A DNA stretch of 64,000 nucleotides, taken from Phaeosaccion multiseriatum (taxonomy: Eukaryota > Protista > Ochrophyta, other classes). This document shows positions 26,043 to 36,802 of the stretch, in pieces. The DNA lies in contig OZ218956.1 of the NCBI GenBank assembly GCA_965112735.1, positions 3,038,001-3,102,000 of the forward strand, given 5' to 3'. The position numbers and the translations under genes were made by a program. Positions within the stretch are counted from its first letter, which is position 1. Every line of letters begins with the position of its first letter. The notes under the pieces are model-generated. The model saw only the letters and a list, made by a program, of their open reading frames with translations, was not told the origin of the DNA and made no database searches.

Positions 26043-27089
26043 GTGTGTGTGTTTGTGTGTGTGTGCGTACGTGTGCGTGTGTGTGTGCGCGCGTTTCGCT
26101 GTGCCGACCTCTTCGTACTCGCTTTTGTCTGATCAACTCTCCTCCTCCTTTTGACTCAACTGTTGTTCTCATTGTTGTTGTTGCTGTTGTTGCTGCTGTT
26201 GCTCTTGTTGTTGCTGCTGTTATTGTTGTTGTGGGGTCGGATGGTGCGTTGCTTCGCTTCTCCTCCTTCTGCCTCGTTCCGTATCACCAACTCCTGCTGC
26301 AGGCCGCCAAGCTTGTGGTGTGGGCTCTGGAGCTCCTTAAACCCACTCCAGAGATGCACGACTGGTGCAAAGCTGCCCTTGCCGAGTGGGAAGCACTCGG
26401 ACTTGGAGCACAACAAGGTATCCAAGGAGGGAGGCGAGGAGGGTTTCCGAATCGAGGAGCTGGAGGAGGAGGAGGAGGAGGAGGAGTGAGGAAGCCCAGC
26501 AAGATCACACGAGCCTCCGTTTCCGCTTCTAGGAAGAAGAGTGAACAAACGGAAGCAACCCCAGAAGGAAGACTGGTGAGTGTATTGTGTGCCTGCGTGC
26601 ATCCGTGGGTGCGTTTGTACGTGCGTGTGCGTGCGCGTACATCCGACCTCCTCTCCCGCCCCCCCGCACCAGTCCCTCCTTTAGCCCGCCGCACTCTCAC
26701 ACACACCCATACCCACACCCATACCCCTGCTTTCATCTCTTGTCACCTCTCTCTCTGTCGCTCCTCCCCACTCACTCTCTGTCTCTCTCTCTTCATTCTT
26801 TCTCATTCTCTATGTATACCTCTCTCTGTCGCTCCTCCCCACTCTCTCTCTGCCTCTCTCTCTTCATTCTTTCTCATTCTCGATCTATGTATACCTCTCT
26901 CTGCCGCTCCTCCCCACTCTCTCTCTGCCTCTCTCTCTTCATTCTTTCTCATTCTCGATCTATGTATACCTCTCTCCTCCCCTTTCTTTTTCTATACCTT
27001 TCTCTTTCGCCTCTTGCTTCTACAGCTCTACAAGTCGCTGCATGTCGTGAACGGTGGACGGGGCGGCATGCTCGTCACCCTGTTCGACC

Positions 27090-27137
<48 letters not shown>

Positions 27138-30100
27138 TGGTGGTACAGCCGGGTCTGCTGATCCGCGTGTATGACCCTCGTCAGAGACACACGTACTCTC
27201 TGAGCATCTCCAAGGACGGTGCTAACACACTCAAGGGACCCTTGGGCACACACACGGTGAGCAGGCCAGGGGGGGAGGATGAGGGGGTGGGTGGGTAGGT
27301 GGGTGGGTGGCTGGGTGGGTGGGTGGGTGGGTGGGTGAGTGGTGGGTGAGTGGTGGGTGAGTAAGCAACTTCGAGCGAGAGGGTGTGGTTTGCCTTCTTA
27401 TTCAATTCATCTTCCTCTCTCGGCCAACCGCCAATTTTGTTTCTCACCCCCCCTCCTCTCCCTTCCTCTCCCCTCCTCTCCCCTCCTCTCCTCTCCTCTC
27501 GCCCATCAATAGACGGTGTGGGTAACCAAGCTGATCCAAAGGCTCAAGCTCAAAGCGCTTGCTGGCTCCTCATCCGGCGAACTGGCCTTGACGCTAACAA
27601 GATCCTCCCACCATGCCAGCGGCGGCGCTGGCTCCTTCTCCAGTCCCACCCCCACCCCCATCCGCACCTCCACCTCAGTCTCAGCCTCTACCTCTGCCTC
27701 TGCGTCGACCTCGGCCTCAGTGTCCACGCCAGCCCAGAAACCTCTTGCTCCAAAGGCGGCATCCTCATCAGGGGCGGTCACGAGGGGCCCTGCGGCAGGA
27801 GGGAGCCGGGCAGGGGCCCAGCCGCCACGGAAGAGCAGCAACACCAGTGTTGTACGGATTCCTGTCCGCAGCAGCGCCGAGGTCGTCGCCCCTGTTGTGG
27901 CTGTTCCACCAACTGCTGCTGCTGGTACTGGTGCTGCTGCTGCTGTTACTGCTGCTACTGCTGCTACTGCTGCTGCTGCTGGTGGTGGTGGTCTGTCAGG
28001 GAAGCAGCAGGAGGAGACGGAGGAGAAGGAGAAAGAAGAGCAGAAGAAAAGGGACGACAGGAAAGAGGAGAAGAGAAAGGAGGAGGAAGAGGAGGACGAG
28101 GAGGACGACTATGAAGGCGATGAGTATGACGACGATGCGAACCAAGAGGAGCAGGAGAACAACCAAGACGAGCAGGAGAACGAGAAGGAGGCCAACAAGC
28201 CTCAGGCTAGCGGAGGTAAGGCAGCAGGAGGAAAGGCAGCAGAAGGAAAGGAGGCGAAGGAGGAGGAGGAGGAGGAGGATGACGAGTATGAAGACGACGA
28301 TGATGATGACTATCTCATGATGGAGGCTATGCAGGATGACGCCGACGACACAGAAGCAGCGGTAGCAGAGGCGAAAGCAGCAGAAGAAGCGAAAGCAGTG
28401 GAAGAAGCGAAAGCAGCAGCGGAGGCGAAAGCAGCAGCAGAAGCGAAAGCAGCAGCAGAGGCGAAAGCAGCAGAAGAAGCGAAAGCAGCAGCAGAGACGA
28501 AAGCAGCAGAAGAAGCGAAAGCAGCAGCGGAGGCGAAAGCAGCAGCAGAGGCGAGAGCAGCAGCAGAGGCGAAAGTAGCGGCAGAAGCGAAAGCCGCAGA
28601 AGAAGCGAAAGCCGCAGAAGAAGCGAAAGCAGTGGAAGAAGCGAAAGCCACCGCAGAAGCGGCGGCGGCAGAGGCGAGTGCAGCGGAAGAAGCGAAGGCA
28701 GCAGCGGAGTTGAAGGCAACCGCAGAGGCGAAAGCAACCGCAGAAGCGAACACAGCCGCAGAAGCGAGCGCAGCCGAGGCGATGAAAGCAGCCTCGGAGG
28801 CAAAAGCAGCAACAGAAGCGAAAGCAGCAGCAGATGTGAAGGCAGCTGAGGAGGAGGAAGATGAGTACGGAGACGATGAGAACTTCGAAGGGGATTTTGA
28901 GGCGGACGAGGAGGAGAAAGAGGAGGAGGAGAAGGAGAAGGAGGGTGAGGAAGAAGTGATGAAGGAAGACGTTGTTGCTCAAGGAGAGCTGGGTACCGCT
29001 AGCACCGTTGCAGGTGCCAAGCCGAGCACGGCGGACAGGCAAGAATCCGTCGACTATGGAGACGAAAACTTCAGTGATGATGAGGACGAAGAGGAGAAGG
29101 AGGGCGATGATAGTGGGGAGGAGGCACATGCGACAACAAGGAAAGCAAGTCGTGCAAAACCGACGAGCGACGAGGCTGAGCAGGAGATGACCACTACACC
29201 ACCCACTGGGCCAGTCCCACAGCCACTGTCAGTACCTTCGGGTCAGCTGCTCGCGAAGCAAGCGTCGTCTGCCGAGAGCGAGCTGTCTGTCGGCTACGAG
29301 GACAGCTTCAGCGACGACGAAGGCGACGAACAAGCGGCGGGAGGTGAAGAGGTGGAGCGTGGTACAGCAGGGGGAGTTGGTGATACAGCAGCGGCGCCTC
29401 CTCCTCGCAAGAGCAGCAGTAGCACCAGCAGGAGCAACAGCAGTAGCAAGAGGGGTGGTAGCTTCAGTAGGAAGAGCAGTGGGGGACGGGGTGGTGTTGT
29501 CGAGCGGAAGAGTAGTACCAGCAGCGCCACCGGCAGGAGGAGTAGCAGGAGCGGCAGCAGCAGCAGCAGCAGCCAGCTGAAGCATGCAGATTCGGCAGTC
29601 TCTTCCGCGGCAGATTCTGCCACAGAGGGCTACGCTGACGAAGATTTTGACGAAGCGGAAGTGGAGGAGGGCAAGAAGGAGGAGGAGAAGGAGGAGGGGG
29701 AAGAGGGGGAAAAGGAAGAAAGGGAGGAGGAGGACAAGAGGAAGGAGGAGGAGGAGGAGGAGGAGATGAAGGATGAGGGGGAGAAGGAGGAGGAGGAGAA
29801 GGAGGAGGAGGAGAAGGAGGAGGAGGAATATGGTGACGACGACTACGAGGGCGAGAACGATGACGACAACGTAGAAGAGGAGACAGAAAAGAAGGAGGTG
29901 GCAATGAGTGAGAAGGAAACCAGCTCAAGCTCGGTAGACGCTGCCCGCAGTAGTAGCGTCAGTAGCAGCATGAGTAATGATGGCAGAAGGAGAAGCAGTC
30001 GGAGACGAGCGAGTAGTAGCACTTCCCAGGCACAAGGGGGAGGGGGAGGAGGAGGAGGAGCGGAAGGAGAAAGCGAAGCAGTTGGGGAGACGGAACGAGG

Positions 30101-30272
30101 ACAAGAAGACGAGACACGCAAGGGCAATCAGGCGGAGTCTCCACCCCCCCGCGCCGCCGCTGCGGTTGAGACTCAGCCCTCTTCTCCTCCTCCTGCTGCA
30201 GCTGCTGCTGCCGCTGCTGTGGCTGCTTCTGAGGAGGAGGATGAAGGCTATGATGACGAGGAGTTCGACTGA
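20451..30272 (+). CDS. Large multi-exon hypothetical protein: N-terminal helical domain, AEAKAA repeats, acidic C-terminus
   Basis: Globular-looking exons (ELLVLKALLVRESFL; IRETSVDVVHAISQWR..FVWQGENYLLK/MANDLNFLAGVEPL..CRNPFM; LLIRVYDPRQRHTYSL). Final ~920-codon ORF 27516-30272 with (EAKAA)n and poly-E/D. Could be two genes. Confidence 0.6.
26748..26975. repeat. Intronic minisatellite, ~3 copies of a ~75-bp CT-rich unit
   Basis: Repeated ctctctctg(t/c)cgctcctccccactc...cttcattctttctcattct...tatgtatacc. Confidence 0.8.
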
Positions 30273-30586
30273 GCTGAGCTGAGCTGAAATGACCCACGGA
30301 ATGACCGAGATGTCGAAGGGGGGTAGAGGGGGTTCTCATCCCAGCCGCAGAACCATCGTGCCTCTGAGGACAGGGCGGGAAGAGCAAGACAGACGTACAT
30401 ACTAGCTTGTCCACTAGCTCTATACATAAGGACTCGCCATTGATTTGAGTGTGTACCTGAGCATTAATTACACGTCGTCATTACTGCTGTGCCTTGCTAG
30501 CTGGCGGTGCCTCACTCCCTCATCCCCTTGAGTCACTCTGTGCTCTAGGCGCCCTCTTTTCTCTCTTCTCTCTGCGCTTCGTTCTA

Positions 30587-30617
<31 letters not shown>

Positions 30618-30640
30618 TCTCTCCGTGCCTGCCCTACCCC

Positions 30641-33600
30641 CTACTCTCTGTGCTCCACAGTCACAAAAGTGCCATATCTAGGAATGACAGGCACCATCCA
30701 GGGGTGCCGCTTTCCGGCATCTCTCTCCTCAGGGTTCGTACACGCGAACTTGTAGCGGTGAACCAACAGGCTCAGCACCACCTTGGTCTCCAGGAGAGAG
30801 AGGTGCTGCCCGATACAGTTGCGGGGCCCGTCGATAAAGGGGAGGAAGTGGTAAGGTGGGATGACAACCTTGCCTACCTGCTGCTGTTGGCCCTCTTGTT
30901 GTCCCCCTTCTCCTCGCCCTCCTGCTCCTCTTCCTTCTCCTTCTCCTCCTGCTGCTGCTACTGCTCGAGGAAGCTTCCAGAACCGTTCCGGCCGGAATCG
31001 AGACGGCTCGGGCCAGAGTTTCGCGCTTTCGTGCACACCTTTCATCAACAGCATGACGATAGTCCCTTTGGGGATGAAATGGACCTCCGGCCGCTGCTTT
31101 CTGAGACCACCACCACCACCACCACCGACGGACATGCCGCCAAGGTCACCCGCTTTGCTTGCACCGTTGTCCTGCTGTTGCGAGGTGGTGAGCTTCCTGC
31201 TCCCATTGCTGCCGTCTATTGGCGCTCCTTTGCGCCCCTCCGTTCCTCCTCCTGCTGCTGCTGCTGCTGTATCACCAACTGCTGCTGCTTGCCCCTCTTG
31301 CTCCTCGTCGTTGCCTTCAATGACGTGATCCTTAACACAAACTCGACTCACAGTTGGCACGAGCGAGTACTTGCGCAGCGTCTCCTTTATACAAGCCTCC
31401 GCGAAAGGCAACTTCGCTGTCCAGGGAGCACCGCCACCCCTACCCCCCGCCCCACCACCACCACCACCACCACCACCACCACCACTACTGCTGCCCCGTT
31501 CTGGCCAGTCCTGAGGCAGCATGCCCGCCTTCAAGCCGTAGTTTGAACCGTATACCCCCTCCGCCTCGCTCAGCGCCTGAGCGCACACCCCGGGGTTCTG
31601 AGTAAGCTCGTACAGCGCCCAATTGAGCGCCGCGGCGGAGGTCTCATGACCGGCCAACACAAAGGTCTTAATCTCATCCCTCAACTGCTTCACCACCGGG
31701 TAGCTCCACTCCTGCGGGGTGATGTACCCCATGACCCGGTCCAGAATGTCTTCTCTCCTCGGAGCCAGAGGAGCTACTGCTTCCCCCACTCCCGTCCCAT
31801 CACCGGGTCTTCCTGCCCCTGCTCCTGCCGCTACTGCGTTTGCTTTTGCTTGTGCCTCTGCTGCACGTAATTCCCACCTCGCTCTAATCTTTTGCTCTAA
31901 AAAGTCGTTGAGGGTGCGCACTTGGCGTCTGTGCCTGTGCCAAAAAGGCAGGAAGAAGCAGAATCTCCTGAGGGAGTTGGTGATACAGGGTTGGGATTGG
32001 GATTGGGAGTAGGATTAGGAGTAGAGATTGTTGTGCACACACGCACGCACGCACGAAACGCACGCACGTACATATACCAATAAAAGTGGAGGGGAGACAG
32101 CAGTCAGAGGGGGCGATTTCAGCGAACAGAGTTGAAGGTGTGGGCTTCCTTTCGACGTCCCCCCCCCCCCCCCCTGCCAATCTCGCTGTATTCACTCTCT
32201 TCCTCTCTCAACTTTTCTTCATTCTCTCTCTCAACACTTTCTTCCCCCCCCTCATTCTATCTCTCTCTCTCTATCTCTCTCACCGTAGCGGGTTCCAAAT
32301 CCTCCGATGGCCCTCCACCACGATGGGCATGTACATGTGCGCAAAGGTGCCGTCGCTCTCTTCCGCCGACAGCGACATGAGGGCAGCTGAGATGACTTGA
32401 AGCGTCAAGTGCCTAAACTCCTCCCCTACCTCCAAACTCTGGCCTGTCCCTGCTATCTGGTCCAGCTTGGCAGCTAGTCGGAGGGCGGCTTTGAAGGCCA
32501 TGTCTGGAATGTGCTCGAGGATCTCTACGCGTAGGGCCCGGCTGACTCGGTTCCTCTGCTTGCGCCAGTGCGGGCCGTCGCTGGTGACAATACCCGTGCC
32601 CAGCAGCGAGAGGAAGGGCTTGTAGGCAAACACCAAATCCTTATTGTAGTGCGTGAACTGCACACACCAACACCAGCCCCCAGGCCCCCAGCAGCAGCAG
32701 TAGGGCAGCGCACAGGGAAGGACAGGGAAGGGAAGAGCAAGGGGAAGAGCAAGGGGCAGAGCAAGGGTAGGCACAAGAAGAGGGTTGGGTTTGTGAGTGT
32801 GGGGGGTCAATCGTGACGGAACGACGGTCGTTCGTGTGGCTAGCCTCGGGGGGGGATGGGCGGTGCACTCAGGACCGAAGTGGGGGCACATTCCGTACGT
32901 AGGGCATTCAACCCCACCCCCTTCCCCTCCCCCCACCCTCATTGAGAGAGCAGACCTGCTTGTGCATGATTCTCTGGAGCAATACCGGATCCGCCACTGC
33001 CACACATCGGGTACCGAACAGCGGGAATTGGTAAATGTGTCCGTACTCCTTGACCCAGTCCGTCATTACATCCCAAGGCGAGCGAGCCATCATGTTCAGA
33101 GCCTGCACACACGCACAGAGGAGAGAGAGGAGGGGGAAGAGAGGGGAAAGAGAGAGGGAGGGAGAGCGAGAGTGAGGCACGCCCGGGGAGAGAGAGGCGA
33201 GGGAAAAAGGGAGAGCGAGGCCAATACAGAGACAGTGAATATATAGGTAATACGCCTTGCACATTTTCTTGCACCCCCCGCTTCCCCAATTACTGCATCT
33301 CTCACTAGATTCAATGGGCAACGGTACTGAGCCCGCCTTACTCCACCTCCTTGTCAGCTCACCTGCCCGAGAATCGGCGTGCCCCCTTGAACGCAAGGGA
33401 CGGTTGCATTCAGCCTAGCGTACTTCACCTGGGAAAGCCCTCTCTGAACAGCCTTCACCACCATCCATACAAAGAGAAGGATCAGCGCGAACCCGTGCAC
33501 CACCTCCAGCCACTGAGCAAGCAACCAATTGCTACTGCCGGCGTTGCTACTGCTGCTGCCGGAGCTGCCACCGTCAAAGAGCTGAGCATAGCGCGGGGCT

Positions 33601-33752
33601 GTGTGAGCGTGCAGCAGTTGCTCGAGCTTGTTGGACAAGCTCTCTGGCGCGAATGCAGTACACACAGTTGCAAGCCAAGCGTGGAGGGGCACAGGGTTCG
33701 CCTTGGAGACGCACAACAGCCCCTCGACTGCTCCATAGAGCAGCCCACTCAT
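30641..33752 (-). CDS. Cytochrome P450; multi-exon
   Basis: N-terminal TM (VVHGFALILLFVWMVV) and Pro hinge PCVQGGTPILGQ; GIVTSDGPHWRKQR; I-helix TFVLAGHETSA; K-helix KETLR; FRPERF; haem motif FIDGPRNCIGQ. Confidence 0.92.
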
Positions 33753-34232
33753 GGGTGCCGCCGCTCCCTGGCTATAAATCCACCCTATGTCTCCTTTCCT
33801 TGCGCTACCCTTCTTTCAGGCCCCTTGTCCCTTTTTATATTAGTGATCGTCTCTCTGCTGAAGGGAGAGAGATGGCAGCAGAGGGGCGGGAAAATGTCGA
33901 GCTCGGTATCGTTCTTTTTTTTTTGGCTTGTGCGATCCTTGTGCTCTCCGAGGGAGCGATCTCCCTCAACACCTCACTCGTCCACACGATAGGCAAAAGA
34001 AGAAGTTGACTGCTTGCATGTGTCTACGCCTGAAAAGGGCACCGCGCCCTCAAAAGAGGACGCTGAACTGCACTGTGGGTGCTCTCCTTCTCTCCTGGAG
34101 CCGGGAGATGCCAGTGACTCTACAGCTACAGCCTCTGCTGCTGGTCATACACACACGGACACACGGGCACACACGCTGACACACATGCGGACACACACAC
34201 ACACACACGCTGACACACACACACACTCACAC

Positions 34233-34274
<42 letters not shown>

Positions 34275-34804
34275 GCACGCACACACGCACACACACGCAT
34301 GCAAACACGCGGACGCGCACACTCTCTCTCTTTCTGCTCTCTCTCTCTCTCTCTCTCCTCTTCTCCAACTCTGTCTCAGGCGACGGGCCTTACCTTCCCC
34401 AGCACTGCAGGCTGCCATACAGACTTTCAAAAACTTGCGCAGGAGAAGTGCCCGCGCGTACATGAACCACGGTACCTCCTTCAGCGGACACGATGCACGC
34501 TGCAGACACTGTGGTCGAAGAAAGAAAGCACATCCCTGCTTCTCCGAGGTCGCCGGCCGCCCATCTTTTCTTCCATCCTCCTGGCTCCTGGCTCTCCCAG
34601 CCGCAGTACTGGTACAGTCCATGACCACAGTCCAGTCGTTGTGGTGGCTCATCTCATCCAGTGTCTGGCCTTCTTCTGCTCCAGCCAGAGGTAAGTGGCT
34701 CCGCAATGTACATGGTCCTTACCTTCAAAACAGCTCTAGCCTACGATAAGACGGATACAGAAATCCCGCTCCTTGGGTCGAGCCCACCGCCGTGCACTCC
34801 ACAC

Positions 34805-35041
34805 TCGACCCCTGACACACTATCGCCCACATTCTCGATAGCGCGCTATCGCCCCCCCCGGGGGCCGATAGCGGATAGCGTGCCGGCTGGCGCCGGCCGA
34901 TAGCGGATAGCGCGCCGGCTGGCGGATAGCACGCCCCAACAACCCCCCCCCCCCCCCAAAGCCGGCTGACGCTGCCGATAGCGGATAGCGCGCCGGCTGG
35001 CGCCGGCGATAGCGGATAGCGGATAGTGTGTCAGGGGTCGA
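34805..35041. mobile_element. MITE copy 1 (TIR TCGACCCCTGACACACTATC), 6-bp target-site duplication CCACAC
   Basis: Perfect 20-bp terminal inverted repeat, CCACAC on both flanks, internal GCGGATAGC/GCCGGCTGGCGCCGGC subrepeats, no coding capacity. Confidence 0.8.
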
Positions 35042-35408
35042 CCACACCTCCTCCTCACACCAGACAAAACAGATTCTAGGGAGGGAGGACATTACCAAAC
35101 AACACTTCCGTTTCTGGAGGTATAGGGGAGAGACATCATCAACTCATATCGGGCGCGGCTTTGGACGTGTAGGGTAGTGCTGAGTGCGTGCGTGCGTGCG
35201 TGCAGCAGCATGAGGGTGCAAGCAGTCGTCATACCCTGCACAAGCAAGGGGCTGAGGACAGTGGAGAAGGAAGAGCTTGCAAGCTCGCTTCCTATGGTAT
35301 GAAGTGGTGCGGCAGCCGGGCGGAGCCAAGCATGAAAAGAGAAGAGTAGTTTTTTATATCCATCCACGATGTGTAGTAGAAGTAGCTCACTATCACACCT
35401 ACATGTTG

Positions 35409-35613
35409 TGGACCCCTGACGCGCTATCCGCTATCTGCTATCGCCGGCGCCAGCCGGCGTGCTATGCTATCGCCAGCGTCAGCCGGCTTGGGGGGGGGGG
35501 TTGTGGGGGCGTGCTATCCGCTATCGCCGGCGCCAGCCGGCGCGCTATCTGCTATCGGCCGGCAGCCGATAGCGTGCTATCGAGAATGTGGGCGATAGCG
35601 CGTCACGGGTCGA
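35409..35613. mobile_element. MITE copy 2, inverted relative to copy 1
   Basis: TGGACCCCTGACGCGCTATC ... GATAGCGCGTCACGGGTCGA. The interior is the reverse complement of copy 1 (e.g. gagaatgtgggcgatag). Confidence 0.75.
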
Positions 35614-36802
35614 GCATGTCGCTGCGCAAAAGGTTCTACAGGCGGTGAGAGCCGTATACTAAACTGAGACTGAGTCCTGGTGCTGCTGGAATCAGTCGGT
35701 TTCCGTCAATGGACTCACTCCCTGCTCCATGTAGAAGTACATGAGGCAGATTGGAGGGAGGCTCCACTCACTGCCATGGTCACTATACCTTTCTCCCCAC
35801 GGAGTAGTACTCACCCGACCATTGGCGGAAGGCTGTGCTTCCTCAAAGATTGCAACTATCCTTTTCTTCTTCTGCACGCTCCCAAAGGATAGTCGTCGTA
35901 TATATGTCCCTGTGCGTGGAAGATCCACCTTCAGTCTCTGGCTGTTGTCCACTGGCTGCTGCTCTCTGCTCTCCCCCTTTTTTTATTCCTGCTCTCCATT
36001 TTCGAGAGAGAGAGGGGACAAAGAAGGGGCAGGTGCACGGCGCCTCATGCTTCTCCGTGGGATGAAATGATACGTGTGCACGTCTCGCAAGGTACCCTCA
36101 AGCCTCCCGCAGAGGCCCTCAAGCCTGCAGTGGTCCAGTTTGGAAGAGTTTTTGGAGGGAAAAAATGGAGGGAAAGTGGCCCCCCTGGGTTTGGCCCGAG
36201 GGTGGAGGCAGGGAGGCCAGATTTCAAGACAGGAGGAAAATACAGGAGGAGTAAGCGGTTAGTAGAGCTTGAGGGATAACGTGATCAGAGGTGGTGCACC
36301 TGCATAAGAGGAGCATAGAGGAGTTTTGCAGGGACTGTGCAGCAGCGAATCGGGTGTGGAGGCGGTGTGGGCGTAGAAAAATCTCCCAGCGAACAGCTTT
36401 GTTTGAAAGCGCTCTCTAGGACAAGGAGCAACGGCAGGCCCGCTGCTGGGCTGGTGTACACGAGGAGGGTTTCTACTGCTTGACTATACGTAGTGGGTTA
36501 CTGCTGTTATCGTGAGAAAAGGAGGGCAGCGAGAGGAGTTACTACTCGTTGAGAGGTTGTCCGGAAGGGAGGGCACTGCTTTGAGCAGACAGCGGGGACT
36601 CGGCAAGGGGACTGGGGGACGCAGCGGCACGGCAAGGAGAAGAGAACGGAAGGCACATGGCACATGTGATGTGGGAATCTTGATTGATTGGGCCCCTGTG
36701 GTCAACTTCGTTCACAATTTCCTGCCGTTGCATTCTCCAACGACAAAGCTGCCTGGTTTGGTTATAAGGAGACAGCCCCGCATTGAGGTGCGTAGAGGCG
36801 CA

